This document shows positions 52,660 through 62,284 of a stretch of DNA of 64,000 bases, in pieces. The notes under the pieces were generated by a model. The model worked only from the letters and a program-made list of their open reading frames with translations, did not search any database and was not told where the DNA came from. The DNA is from an uncultured Gemmatimonadales bacterium (GTDB lineage: Bacteria > Gemmatimonadota > Gemmatimonadetes > Gemmatimonadales > GWC2-71-9): contig CAVSQW010000006.1 of NCBI GenBank assembly GCA_963730185.1, positions 64,001 to 128,000 of the forward strand, read 5' to 3'. The translations under genes and the position numbers were made by a program. Position 1 is the first letter of the stretch; every line of letters starts with the position of its first letter.

Positions 52660-53160
52660 TCACGCGGAGCCGGCTCCCCCCTGCAGCTGCCGTTGGTACT
52701 CGGCTTCGTCGAAGTGTCCCAGCGACTCGGCGATCAGCCCATCCGATCCGATCCGCCACTCCTCGTAGCCGCTGATCCGGACCGCCCGGCCGGTTCCGCC
52801 CGGGCCGGTGTTCGTGCCGGTCAACGTCCAGTGATACCGGAACCGGTCGCCGTCCCGGGTCAGGCTGTCCATGGCCACGACCAGGTCCGGAAAAGCCGTC
52901 ATGAAGCCCTGGGCCGACGCGGTGATGGCCGTCCGCCCCTCCGCCGGCGTCCCGCCGTTGATGCGGAGCGAGCCGTTCGGAGCGTAGTACCCGGCGACGC
53001 TGGCGGCGTTCTGGCTGCACCAGGCCGCCGTGTACTCGGTTGCGAGCGCTTCGACCTTCGCGAGGTCCATCGTTCCTCCTCCGGATCCACAGGCCGTCAG
53101 GAGCGCCACCGTCGTGGCGGTGACCGGCCAGCCCCACGACCGACGCCGGGCCTCCGACAT
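52660..53160 (-). CDS. SnoaL-like / ester cyclase family lipoprotein
   Basis: LLTAC; YTAAW, FMTAFPDL, WTLTGTNTGPGGTG, GYEEW. Confidence 0.8.
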   Translation of the reverse strand: MSEARRRSWGWPVTATTVALLTACGSGGGTMDLAKVEALATEYTAAWCSQNAASVAGYYAPNGSLRINGGTPAEGRTAITASAQGFMTAFPDLVVAMDSLTRDGDRFRYHWTLTGTNTGPGGTGRAVRISGYEEWRIGSDGLIAESLGHFDEAEYQRQLQGGAGSA

Positions 53161-53326
53161 GGTGCCCTCCGTTTGGATGGGTCGGGAGAGAAGCTATCGG
53201 GCCGCCCGGTGGCGGTCCAGCGAGCGGCGCGATTTGCCCCCTCTCCTCTGGCGCCGTAGCTTCGCCCGGAGTCGCCGGAATCAGTCGATCCCATTCGTGG
53301 TAACCCCGTTCGCCTCCGAGGGCTCC

Positions 53327-54595
53327 ATGCGCCGAGTCGTGGTCGCTTTCCTCTCCGCCGCTCTCGCCGCCGGGCCGCTCGCCGGACAGGCGCTGCCGGT
53401 CGCCTCGGCCGCCGGCGTCGGTCTCGATTCCGCCCGTCTGGCCCGGATCGGCGTCGTGATGCAGGCCGCGGTCGACAGCGGCCGGACGGCCGGCGTGGTG
53501 GTGCTGATCGCCCGGCACGGCAAGCAGGCCTATGCCGGTGCCTGGGGCTGGGCCGATCGCGAGGCCAAACGCCGGATGACGACCTCGGCCCTGTTCCGGA
53601 TCGCGTCCCAGACCAAGGCCGTCACCAGCGTCGCGGCCATGGCGTTGATCGAGGACGGGCTCCTCCGCCTGGCCGATCCCGTCTCCAAGTTCCTCCCTGG
53701 ATTCGCGACCAGCCTGGTGGCCGTGAAGACCGACACCGGCGTCGCCCTGGTGCCTCGCACCCGGCCGATCACCATCCGGGACCTCTTGACCCACACAGCC
53801 GGCATCTCCTACGGCACCGATGAAACCGTGCGCGATCGCTACGCGGAGGCCGGGTTGGGGCCCAAGGCTGGTCCGTACGGTTGGTATCTGGCCGACAAGG
53901 CGGAGCCGATCTGCAAGACCATGGAGCGGCTAAGCCACCTGCCGACCGTCGCCCAACCCGGCTCCCGCTTCGTGTACGGGTACAATACCGATCTCCTGGG
54001 CTGCATCGTGGAGAAGGTTTCGGGGCAGCCGCTGGCGAGCTTCCTCCAGTCCCGGATCCTGGGACCGCTTCGGATGACCAGCACCTGGTTCTACCCGCCA
54101 CCCTCGGCCCGGGACCGGATGACCACCGTGTACGCCTGGACGCCGGACGGTCTCGTCCGGGCGGCCGACGGGCCGCCGGGTCAGGGCGACTATCTCGATG
54201 GCCCGAAGCAGGACTACGCCGGCGGGGCCGGCCTGGTGAGCACCGCCGGCGACTACGCCCGCTTCCTCCAGATGCTCGCCAACGGGGGCACCCTCGACGG
54301 GCACCGGATCCTGGGTCCGCGCACCGTCGCGCTGATGACCACGAATCAGCTCCCCGACTCGGTCTTCGGCGGCGGGAACGGCTTCGGCCTGGGCTTCCAG
54401 ATCCTGGAAGACCCGGGCCGGGCCGCGCAGTTCGGCAACCGGGGCGCGTTCGGGTGGGGCGGCGCCTACGCGACCGTGTATTGGGTGGACCCGAAGGACG
54501 ACCTGGTGGTGACCTTCATGACCCAGCTTCTGCCGGCCGGGCCCTTCGACCTGGCCGACCGGCTCCGGGCCATGGTGTACCAAGCGGTCCGATGA
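53327..54595 (+). CDS. Serine hydrolase, beta-lactamase family (EstB-like)
   Basis: FRIASQTK, LLTHTAG, FVYG, GGAGLVST, FGWGG; signal peptide. Confidence 0.9.
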   Translation: MRRVVVAFLSAALAAGPLAGQALPVASAAGVGLDSARLARIGVVMQAAVDSGRTAGVVVLIARHGKQAYAGAWGWADREAKRRMTTSALFRIASQTKAVTSVAAMALIEDGLLRLADPVSKFLPGFATSLVAVKTDTGVALVPRTRPITIRDLLTHTAGISYGTDETVRDRYAEAGLGPKAGPYGWYLADKAEPICKTMERLSHLPTVAQPGSRFVYGYNTDLLGCIVEKVSGQPLASFLQSRILGPLRMTSTWFYPPPSARDRMTTVYAWTPDGLVRAADGPPGQGDYLDGPKQDYAGGAGLVSTAGDYARFLQMLANGGTLDGHRILGPRTVALMTTNQLPDSVFGGGNGFGLGFQILEDPGRAAQFGNRGAFGWGGAYATVYWVDPKDDLVVTFMTQLLPAGPFDLADRLRAMVYQAVR

Positions 54596-54608
54596 AAGGA
54601 GGCGTTCC

Positions 54609-55193
54609 ATGGTAGCCAAGGTCTTCCTCGCACTCGGCTTCCTCTTCGTCGCCATCGTCATGCTCTTCGTCGAGCCGGGAATGGGATTCGCCGGGCCGGC
54701 CGACTTCTTCGACCCCGTGAAGGTCCTCCGCGGCGCGGCCACCGTGGTGTGGGCCGTCGAAGACGTGATCTACCTCGGCTTCGGGATCGCCCTCGTCTAC
54801 CTGGCACTGCGGTCGGACGATCGCTGGCTTCGCGCGGCGGGAATCGCGGCCGGCGTGCTGCTCGTCTTGGTCGCCAACCTGAGCCGGGTCCTCGCGCTGC
54901 TGCCGGGTTACATCGACGACCCGGTCCGGCTCGATGCCGCCGCCTCGGGACTCCTCCCGGTGCGCTTCGCCGCGCTTCGAACCGGGGTCCTCGCGCTCGG
55001 ACTCTTCGCCTGGCGCACCACTCGCGGGCCGGCCGACGGAGGCCGGGAGGCCGGACTTTGGCGGGGCTTCGGGTACCTGGTGCTCGTCGGGGCGGCGGCG
55101 TTCAACTTCGTGTTCTTCCCGGTCCCCCTGCTGTTCACCATCTGGGCGGTCTGGTACGCGATCCGTCCGGCGCGGCCACTCCAGCCCGCTTGA
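54609..55193 (+). CDS. Hypothetical membrane protein
   Basis: Five to six hydrophobic segments; AAGGAGG RBS. Confidence 0.7.
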   Translation: MVAKVFLALGFLFVAIVMLFVEPGMGFAGPADFFDPVKVLRGAATVVWAVEDVIYLGFGIALVYLALRSDDRWLRAAGIAAGVLLVLVANLSRVLALLPGYIDDPVRLDAAASGLLPVRFAALRTGVLALGLFAWRTTRGPADGGREAGLWRGFGYLVLVGAAAFNFVFFPVPLLFTIWAVWYAIRPARPLQPA

Positions 55194-55210
55194 GACCCCC
55201 GAGGCAGCGA

Positions 55211-55236
55211 GCGACCGGCCGACCGTGACCGGTCGC
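55211..55236. terminator. GC-rich hairpin between convergent genes
   Basis: GCGACCGG / CCGGTCGC 8-bp stem; no U tract. Confidence 0.4.
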
Positions 55237-55259
55237 GGAGCAGCGACCCCGGACCCGGT

Positions 55260-56678
55260 CTACCCCCGGGGCACGATGTCCACGAGCCTCCCCGCCCCGT
55301 CCCGCCGGATGTCGTAGAGCCGCCCGTTGGCGATCACCACGACCGTCCGTCGGGCGTTGGCGATGTCGTCGAGCGGGTTCGCCGCCAGGAGCACCAGATC
55401 GGCAATCTTGCCGGCCTCCACCGTGCCTAACGAGTCGGTCATCCCGAAGAAGCGAGCCGGATCGAGCGTGGCGGTTTTCAGCGCCTCGAACGGCGTGAGC
55501 CCCGCTTCGACGAAGTAGCTCAGCTCCTGATGGAGGCCGAACCCAGGCGGGCTGTTCCGGAGCGGGGCGTCCGTCCCCGGCATGATCCCCACCCCCGCCC
55601 GATAGAGCGCCCCCGTCACCGCCACCCGCTTGGCGAAGAGCTGCTTCCCCACCACGTCGGCGCCGGGCGGGATGCTGTCCGGCATCGGGAAGATCCCGGC
55701 CACGTACTTCTTGAGCGAGTCCGGCAGATACCGGCCGTAGGCGTCGCCCGGGAGCGCCCGCTTGGGCCAGAGCGCCACCTCGAGTTGGGCCACCAGAGTC
55801 GGGACCACCCAGGTGCCGTTCCGCTTGAGCTTGGCGAACAGGGGCCTGAGATCATCGGTCGTGCAGGCCCCCAGAGCGGCCTGGATCGGGAACCGGGGCG
55901 CCAGCGACCGGACCTCGTCGGGGGTGCACTGGTTGGGGATGGTCAGCAGGTGCTCGATGCTCTTCTGGCCCGCGTCCGACGCATCGGCCGCGCCCACGTC
56001 CCGGGGCACGTGCCCGACGAAAGTGATGCCCCGCCTTCTGGCCGCCCGGGCGATCGCGAAGTACTTCTCCCGGTTGAGCTGGCTGTGCACCTTCACGAAG
56101 TCCACGCCCAGCTTGATCAACGAGTCCACCGCCGGCTGGGCGTCCTCGGGCTTGGAGATCAGGAGGTGGGGGATCGGCACGTCGCCGCCCTCGAGGTAGG
56201 GGCCCGCCGCGACGATCCGGGGGCCGATCAGGGCTCCCGCGGCGATCTCCTTCCGCCACCCGGTCAGCACGCTCCAGTCGTCCGCCATGTCCCGGACGCC
56301 GGTCACGCCGTTGGCGACGTAGAGGGCGAGCACCTTCCGGCCGCCCGGCATCGTCGTGTGGACGTGCATGTCCCAGAGCCCGGGGATCAGGAACTTTCCC
56401 CGGCCGTCGACGACGGTCACCCCGGCGGGCACCCTCACCGAGGCGCTCGGCCCGACAGCGAGGATCCGGTTGCCGCCCACCAGGACGGTCTGGTCCGGCC
56501 TCGGTGTGCGGCTCCGGGCGTCGATCACGGTGACGTGGGTGAGGGCGATGGTGGCCGGCGCGGCCGGGGTCCCGCCGGGCCGCTGAGCGGCGCTCGGCGA
56601 AGCAAGGAGGCAAACGATACCTGCCAGAGCTGTCCCCATCCGGGTAGCAGGCTCGAGCGGTCGCTGGATTCGCGTCAT
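55260..56678 (-). CDS. Amidohydrolase family protein, secreted
   Basis: PGLWDMHVH, GVTGVRD, DFVKVH, VGHVP, SIEHL, PGTDAP, GKIADLVLL. Confidence 0.92.
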   Translation of the reverse strand: MTRIQRPLEPATRMGTALAGIVCLLASPSAAQRPGGTPAAPATIALTHVTVIDARSRTPRPDQTVLVGGNRILAVGPSASVRVPAGVTVVDGRGKFLIPGLWDMHVHTTMPGGRKVLALYVANGVTGVRDMADDWSVLTGWRKEIAAGALIGPRIVAAGPYLEGGDVPIPHLLISKPEDAQPAVDSLIKLGVDFVKVHSQLNREKYFAIARAARRRGITFVGHVPRDVGAADASDAGQKSIEHLLTIPNQCTPDEVRSLAPRFPIQAALGACTTDDLRPLFAKLKRNGTWVVPTLVAQLEVALWPKRALPGDAYGRYLPDSLKKYVAGIFPMPDSIPPGADVVGKQLFAKRVAVTGALYRAGVGIMPGTDAPLRNSPPGFGLHQELSYFVEAGLTPFEALKTATLDPARFFGMTDSLGTVEAGKIADLVLLAANPLDDIANARRTVVVIANGRLYDIRRDGAGRLVDIVPRG

Positions 56679-56882
56679 GAGGGTGTCACGGGAAAACGTT
56701 CGGAAGGCACGACCCCGGTGATCGCCCGGGGTCGACGGCCGATCGACTCAAAGATACCGCCCTGTTGACCCCATGGCCTCGGGCCCGGACCCGACCGGCC
56801 GCCGAGGCTTGCGGCCGCCCCGAACCCCCGGCAAGTTCTCGGGAGCAATGCACTTCCGGGACCCCGAGCGCACGAGAGCCCC

Positions 56883-57716
56883 ATGCCCGCACGATCCATC
56901 GGTACCGCCACCATCTCCTTCGGCCTGGTCTCCGTACCCGTCCAGGTCTACTCCTCGGCCGAGCCGACCGGCAAGGGCTACTCGTTCAACCTGCTCCACC
57001 AGAAGTGCGGCACCAAGCTCAAGCAGCAATACCGCTGTCCCAAGGACGAGGAGATCGTGACCCGCGACGAGATGGTCAAGGGCTACGAGTTCGCCAAAGA
57101 CCAGTACGTGACCTTCACCAACGACGAGATCAAGGCGCTGGACGAGAAGGGCGACGGCGGGATCAACATCTCCGAGTTCGTCCCCCTCGCCCAGGTCGAC
57201 CGCGGCTACCTCGACAAGGTCTACTATCTCGGCCCCGACAAGGGCGGCGACCGGGCCTACCGGCTGCTGGCCGCCGCCCTGTCCGAAACCGGTCGCGCCG
57301 CATTGGGCCAGTACGCCGCCCGGGGCAAGCAGCATCTCGTGTTGCTCCGGCCCATGCCCGGCGGGGTGATCGCGATGGAGCAGCTCTACTACCGGGACGA
57401 GCTCCGCTCGCCGAGCGAAGTGCCCCTGGGCGAAGGCGAGGTCAAGCCGGCTGAGCTGGCACTGGCCAAGCAGATCATCGAGCAGGGCGCCACCGACGAG
57501 TTCCACCCCGAGCACTACAAGGACGTGGTCCGCGAGCGGGTCAAGGAAGCCATCGAGCAGAAGGTCGAAGGCCACGAGATCACGGCCGAGCCGGCCCGCG
57601 AAGGCGGCGGCAAGATCATCGACCTGATGGAGGCGCTGAAGGCGAGTCTGGCGAAGGGCGGGAAGGGAGAGACAGGGAAGGACGGGGAGGGAGAAGAACA
57701 GCGGGCGGCCTCCTGA
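56883..57716 (+). CDS. ku: NHEJ Ku protein
   Basis: ISFGLVSVPV, MVKGYE, ISEFVP, YYLGP, AYRLL, IIDLMEALKASL. Confidence 0.95.
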   Translation: MPARSIGTATISFGLVSVPVQVYSSAEPTGKGYSFNLLHQKCGTKLKQQYRCPKDEEIVTRDEMVKGYEFAKDQYVTFTNDEIKALDEKGDGGINISEFVPLAQVDRGYLDKVYYLGPDKGGDRAYRLLAAALSETGRAALGQYAARGKQHLVLLRPMPGGVIAMEQLYYRDELRSPSEVPLGEGEVKPAELALAKQIIEQGATDEFHPEHYKDVVRERVKEAIEQKVEGHEITAEPAREGGGKIIDLMEALKASLAKGGKGETGKDGEGEEQRAAS

Positions 57717-57721
57717 CCCGC

Positions 57722-58426
57722 ATGGCCGAGTTCTACGTCGGGACCAGCGGCTACGCGTTCAAGGAATGGAAGGGGACGTTCTACCCCGAGAAGTTCCCCG
57801 ACGCCGAGATGCTGGGCTACTACGCCGCCAGGTTCAACGCGGTCGAGATCAACAACACCTTCTACCGGATGCCCCGGGAGAAGAACCTGCTCGACTGGGC
57901 CGCTCGGGTACCGGAGACCTTCCGGTTCACCTTGAAGGCCAGCCAGCGGATCACCCACCATGCCCGCCTCAAGGACGTCGGCGAGCTGGTCGGCTACGTC
58001 TCGCAGACCTCGGCCGTGTTGGGTCACAAGCTCGGCGCCAACCTGTTCCAGCTCCCGCCCAACCTCAAGAAGGACGTCCCCCGCCTGGCCGACTTCCTCG
58101 CCGTCCTGCCCAAACGCTGGCCCGTGACGATGGAGTTCCGCCATCCCAGCTGGTTCGACGACGAGGTGTTCGATCTCCTGAAGGCCCGCGAGGTCCCGCT
58201 CTGCCTCTCGGACCAGGACGACCTCGAGACCCCGGTGGTCGCCACGGCGTCGTGGGGCTACGTGCGGCTGCACCGGAAGGGATACGACGGGGCCGCGCTC
58301 GACTCCTGGGCCGCCCGGCTCCGGGAGCTGCCCTGGTCCAATGCGTTCGTGTTCTTCAAGCACGACCACGCGCCCGACTCGGGGCCGCCGGTCGCCGAGG
58401 CGCTCGCCCGCCGGTTGGCCTCCTGA
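57722..58426 (+). CDS. DUF72 (YecE-like) TIM-barrel protein
   Basis: YVGTSGY, WKGTFYP, VEINNTFY, FTLKA, LFQLPP, EFRHPSW, YVRLH; 5 bp after the ku stop. Confidence 0.92.
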   Translation: MAEFYVGTSGYAFKEWKGTFYPEKFPDAEMLGYYAARFNAVEINNTFYRMPREKNLLDWAARVPETFRFTLKASQRITHHARLKDVGELVGYVSQTSAVLGHKLGANLFQLPPNLKKDVPRLADFLAVLPKRWPVTMEFRHPSWFDDEVFDLLKAREVPLCLSDQDDLETPVVATASWGYVRLHRKGYDGAALDSWAARLRELPWSNAFVFFKHDHAPDSGPPVAEALARRLAS

Positions 58427-58436
58427 GCGGGTCCGC

Positions 58437-61346
58437 CTAGAAGGTCAACCCCATCTCGTCCAGGAACCGGTGCCCACCGGTCGGCTTCCCACCCCGAGCT
58501 TCCACCCGGGTGAGCACCAGCCGGTCCTTCGCCCGGGTCATCCCCACGTAGAGCAGCCGGCGAGCCTCCTCCAGCTCCAGCTTGCCCGGGCTCCGGTCCA
58601 GGGGGCCTCCCGGCAGCTCGCTGTCCTCCGCCCCGACGATGTAGACCCGGGAGAACTCGAGGCCCTTGGTGGCATGGAGCGTGAGCAGGTTGACCCGGTG
58701 CTCGTCCGCCTCCACCCCTTCCGACTTCGAGAGCGCCACCCGGGCCAGGAACTCCTCCATCTCGCCGGCCAGGTCGCCCGGGGCGATCCCTTCCATCAGC
58801 CTCCGGATCCGCGCCATCGCCGCCGGGTACCGCTGGTCCGGCCGCTTCTCCGCCTGGATCTTGGCCATCACCGCCCGCCCGCCCAGCCGTTCGATGAGCT
58901 CGTCCAGGGTCACCGCCGACGGCCCCACCCGGCCTCGCTCCGCCTGGTAGAAGTCGAGACAGTTGCTGTACCGGCCCAGGGAATGTCCCCGGCTCACGTC
59001 CTGGAGCAGCAACGCTTCCGGCCCCAGCGTGTCAGGGTCGCTCAACGCCAGCGCGATCCCGAGATGGTCGAGGATGTTCGCGAGCGCCACCCGGCGCGAG
59101 CGCGCCACCTTCTCTTCCTCGAGCTTGGCGTACACCCCGGCCAGGGTCCGGACGTCCGACAGGGCTTTGTGCGGATCGCCCGGGTTCACCCCGAACCGTT
59201 CCGCCAAGTGCTGGAGCTTGGCGCTTCCGACCCGGAGCCACCGGGCCAGCGGCAGGGTGTCGTAGGTCACCAGCTCGCCGACCTCGGCACCCAGCTCCTT
59301 GGCCATCCGGAAGAGGATCGGAAAGTCGAACTGATAGCCGTTGTGAGCCACCAGGGTATCGCTCCCCACGAACTCACGGAACCGGGGCCACACGGTGTCG
59401 AATCCGGGCGCGTCGGCCACGTCGGCCATCGAGTAGCCGTGGGTCGCGGCGGCTCCCGGTGAGATCGCGCCCTCGGGCCGGACCAGCGTGTGGAACTCCT
59501 CCACCACCTTCCAGCCCCGGACCCGGGCGGCCGCGATCTCCACGATCTCCGCCGTGCTCGCGTCCCGGTCGGTGGTCTCGAGGTCGAACGACACGAAGTC
59601 GCCCGAGGCGGCCGTGGCCCGCGCCGCGGTGAGCTGGAGTGCCTTGAAGGTGCCCAGCGCCAGGCCGAGCGAGCCGGCCGACCCGGCCTCGAGGATCAGG
59701 TCGCCTTCCGCGGCCGGGGTAGTCGGGGTGAGGTAGTCCACCAGCCGGAACCCGGCGCCGCCCAGCATCCCGGCCAGGCCGATCTCGAGCCCTCCCATCG
59801 GCCGGACCATGATCCGGCCGCGGCGGGTCTTCACCGTCTGGAGCTCCTCCGCCAAGCGTGCCGCTCCGCTGTCGAGTGCCGGATCGCTTAGCTCCTCGGC
59901 GTGGCGCTCCAGCGCGGTCTGGTAAGGACCCACCCGCTGCGAAAGGATCTCCTCGATCAACCCGGAGAGAGTCCGGTGGCGGCTGCCGAGCTCGGTCAGG
60001 TTCGCCATCGCGGCCAGCGCCCGGCGGATCTTCCGGCCATCGTCGTCGGTGTTGGGGAGCTCCCGGGCGGTCCGCCGAACCGAGGGCATCGTCCCCAGCT
60101 TCCGGGCCTGCGCCTCGGAGCGGAGCCGATCGAGGAGCGTCGGCGGCAGGACCAGCGTGAGGAAGCTCTCCGAGTGGATCGGATCGCGCGGCATCGCGAT
60201 CAGCCGGAGCGACGCGATCAGATAGCGGATCACGGGATCGTCGGTCACCGACCGCCCGTGCGCCAACCGGCAGGGGATGCCGGCCTGCATCAGCGCGCCC
60301 TCGAGGCCGTCACCGATCTGGTGCCGCCGGTAGAGCAGCGCGAAGTCGCCCCACGGCAACCCCGACTCGGCCCGGTCGCGCTGGAGATCGGCCACCAGCC
60401 AGGCCGCCTCCTCGTCGTCGTCCCGGAAGCTGGCCACCTCGACCGGGTAGGGCGACTCACGGTCGGCCCGGAGCGCCTTGTCGAAGAGCGGCTCGTTGCT
60501 GGCCACCAGCCGGCGGGCCAGCTCGAAGATCTGCTTCGCCGAGCGGCGGTTCTCGTCCAGGACGATCCGGTGGGTCACCCCGAAGTCGTTGGCGAACTGC
60601 TTGATCAGCTCGGGCGTGGCGCCGGTCCAGGAGAAGATCGACTGCTCGTCGTCGCCCACCGCAAACACGTTCCGGTGGCCCCGCGCCAGCCGGTGGAGGA
60701 TCGCGTACTGGACCTCGTTCAGGTCCTGGAACTCGTCCACCAGGAGATAGTCGAACTGCCCGGCCACCTGGTCGGCCACCTCGGCGTGCTCGTCGAACAG
60801 CTGTCTCGTGAAGAGCACCAGGTCGTCGAAGTCCAGCATCTTCCGCTGCTTCAGGTAACCCCGGTAGCGTTGGAACTGCCGGAGGTCGTCGGGGTGGAGA
60901 TCCTGGCCCGTGAGGCGATGGAGCGTGAACCGGTTGAGCAGCGCCCCCCGCCACCGGAACGGCACCCGGCACTTGGCCAGGATCTCCTTCTGGTACTCGT
61001 CGTCCGCGATCCCGAAGCCGCGGGCCAGTCCCAGCTTGGTGCCGTGCTCCCGGAGAATCCGCACCGCGAGCGCGTGGATGGTGGAGCGGACCACTTGGTC
61101 GGCCCGCTCGCCCACCTCCCGCCGGAGCCGGCTGGCGACCTCCTCGGCCGCCTTGTTGGTGTAGGTCACCGCACAGATCCGGGCCGGATCGATTCCCTTC
61201 ACCTTGATCAGGTGCTCGATCCGCTCGATCAGACAATACGTCTTGCCGGCCCCAGGCCCGGCCAGCACCAGCACTGGCCCGAGGTCGGCCTGGATCGCCT
61301 CGAGCTGTCGCGCGGAGGGGTCGAAGGAGGTGGTGACGGAAGACAC
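58437..61346 (-). CDS. UvrD/PcrA-family SF1 helicase with an inserted DEDDh (DnaQ-like) 3'-5' exonuclease domain
   Basis: AGPGAGKT, TYTNKAA, VDEFQD, VGDDEQSIF, ENRRS, LLYR; Exo I FDLETT, Exo II AHNGYQFD, Exo III HKALSD; then TLHATKGLEF, EARRLLYVGMTRA. Confidence 0.93.
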   Translation of the reverse strand: MSSVTTSFDPSARQLEAIQADLGPVLVLAGPGAGKTYCLIERIEHLIKVKGIDPARICAVTYTNKAAEEVASRLRREVGERADQVVRSTIHALAVRILREHGTKLGLARGFGIADDEYQKEILAKCRVPFRWRGALLNRFTLHRLTGQDLHPDDLRQFQRYRGYLKQRKMLDFDDLVLFTRQLFDEHAEVADQVAGQFDYLLVDEFQDLNEVQYAILHRLARGHRNVFAVGDDEQSIFSWTGATPELIKQFANDFGVTHRIVLDENRRSAKQIFELARRLVASNEPLFDKALRADRESPYPVEVASFRDDDEEAAWLVADLQRDRAESGLPWGDFALLYRRHQIGDGLEGALMQAGIPCRLAHGRSVTDDPVIRYLIASLRLIAMPRDPIHSESFLTLVLPPTLLDRLRSEAQARKLGTMPSVRRTARELPNTDDDGRKIRRALAAMANLTELGSRHRTLSGLIEEILSQRVGPYQTALERHAEELSDPALDSGAARLAEELQTVKTRRGRIMVRPMGGLEIGLAGMLGGAGFRLVDYLTPTTPAAEGDLILEAGSAGSLGLALGTFKALQLTAARATAASGDFVSFDLETTDRDASTAEIVEIAAARVRGWKVVEEFHTLVRPEGAISPGAAATHGYSMADVADAPGFDTVWPRFREFVGSDTLVAHNGYQFDFPILFRMAKELGAEVGELVTYDTLPLARWLRVGSAKLQHLAERFGVNPGDPHKALSDVRTLAGVYAKLEEEKVARSRRVALANILDHLGIALALSDPDTLGPEALLLQDVSRGHSLGRYSNCLDFYQAERGRVGPSAVTLDELIERLGGRAVMAKIQAEKRPDQRYPAAMARIRRLMEGIAPGDLAGEMEEFLARVALSKSEGVEADEHRVNLLTLHATKGLEFSRVYIVGAEDSELPGGPLDRSPGKLELEEARRLLYVGMTRAKDRLVLTRVEARGGKPTGGHRFLDEMGLTF

Positions 61347-61356
61347 GCCCGGGAAT

Positions 61357-62013
61357 CTAGAGCGTTTCGCTCCAGGCCACGATCGTGTCGGCCAGCTCGT
61401 CCATGACCTGGTCGGCGGTGCGGCCGTCTCGCTTGAGCATGGCGAAGGAATGGTCCCCGCCCTCGACCACGTGGAGTGTGGCCCGAGGCCCCAAGGCGCG
61501 GGTCACCCCAGTGATCAGCTCGAGGTCGGCCAAATCGTCGCGGGTGCCCTGGAGGAACAGCATCGGCACCGTCACCCGGGCCAGGTGCTCGGCGCGGGTG
61601 GTATCGGGCCGCTTGGGCGGGTGGAGCGGAAAGCCGAGGAAGACGAGCCCCTTCACGCCGGGAAGCGGCGCCTCGGCCGCGGCGGTCGACGTCATTCGTC
61701 CTCCGAACGACTTCCCGCCCGCCAGGAGCGGCACGCCCGGAAACCGCTCGGCCGCGAGTGTCACGGCGGCCCGAACCGTGGCGGCCGCGACCGCCGGAGG
61801 GTCGGTCCGGTTGCTGCCGTCTTCCATGTAGGGAAACTGGTACCGGAGGGTCCCGATGTCGCGCGCCCCGAGCTCGGCCGCGATCCGGGCGAGGAACGGG
61901 TGGCGCATGCCGGCTCCGGCGCCGTGGGCCATCACGTAGATCGCCCGGTCGGAAGACGAAGCATCGAGGATCACCGAGACCTGGCGATCGGCTACGGCTA
62001 TGGTCGTGTCCAT
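61357..62013 (-). CDS. Alpha/beta hydrolase (KANL3/Tex30-like, dienelactone hydrolase-related)
   Basis: AHGAGAG, GGKSFGG, GFPLHPP, QGTRD, GGDHSF. Confidence 0.88.
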   Translation of the reverse strand: MDTTIAVADRQVSVILDASSSDRAIYVMAHGAGAGMRHPFLARIAAELGARDIGTLRYQFPYMEDGSNRTDPPAVAAATVRAAVTLAAERFPGVPLLAGGKSFGGRMTSTAAAEAPLPGVKGLVFLGFPLHPPKRPDTTRAEHLARVTVPMLFLQGTRDDLADLELITGVTRALGPRATLHVVEGGDHSFAMLKRDGRTADQVMDELADTIVAWSETL

Positions 62014-62089
62014 ACCAATACCACCTCGCGGGCTATGACAGAATGTACGTCCGCTTGCCGGCCCGCCCTCCCGCGACCGATATTGGGAT

Positions 62090-62284
62090 ATGACCTCGGC
62101 CCAAGCCAGTCGCATCGAGCGGCTCCGCGCCATGACGGCGGACGAGAAGGTCCGCCTCGCCCATGGGCTCTGGATCGAGGCTCACCGCACCCTGACCGCC
62201 GGCGTCCGTGCGACCCACCCCGATTGGTCCGATCGGGAGGTCGCCGTGAGGGTGAGGGAGCTCATGCGTGACGCCGGCGCCTAG
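62090..62284 (+). CDS. Small helical protein, putative antitoxin partner
   Basis: 64 aa, RAMTADEKVRLA...HPDWSDREV; overlaps the start of the nucleotidyltransferase gene. Confidence 0.7.
   Translation: MTSAQASRIERLRAMTADEKVRLAHGLWIEAHRTLTAGVRATHPDWSDREVAVRVRELMRDAGA

Noticed and set aside
53327..54595. Antibiotic-resistance calls for the beta-lactamase-like, erythromycin-esterase-like and MBL-fold genes
   Set aside because: Fold-level motifs only; these families are mostly general hydrolases and nothing in the sequence indicates antibiotic specificity
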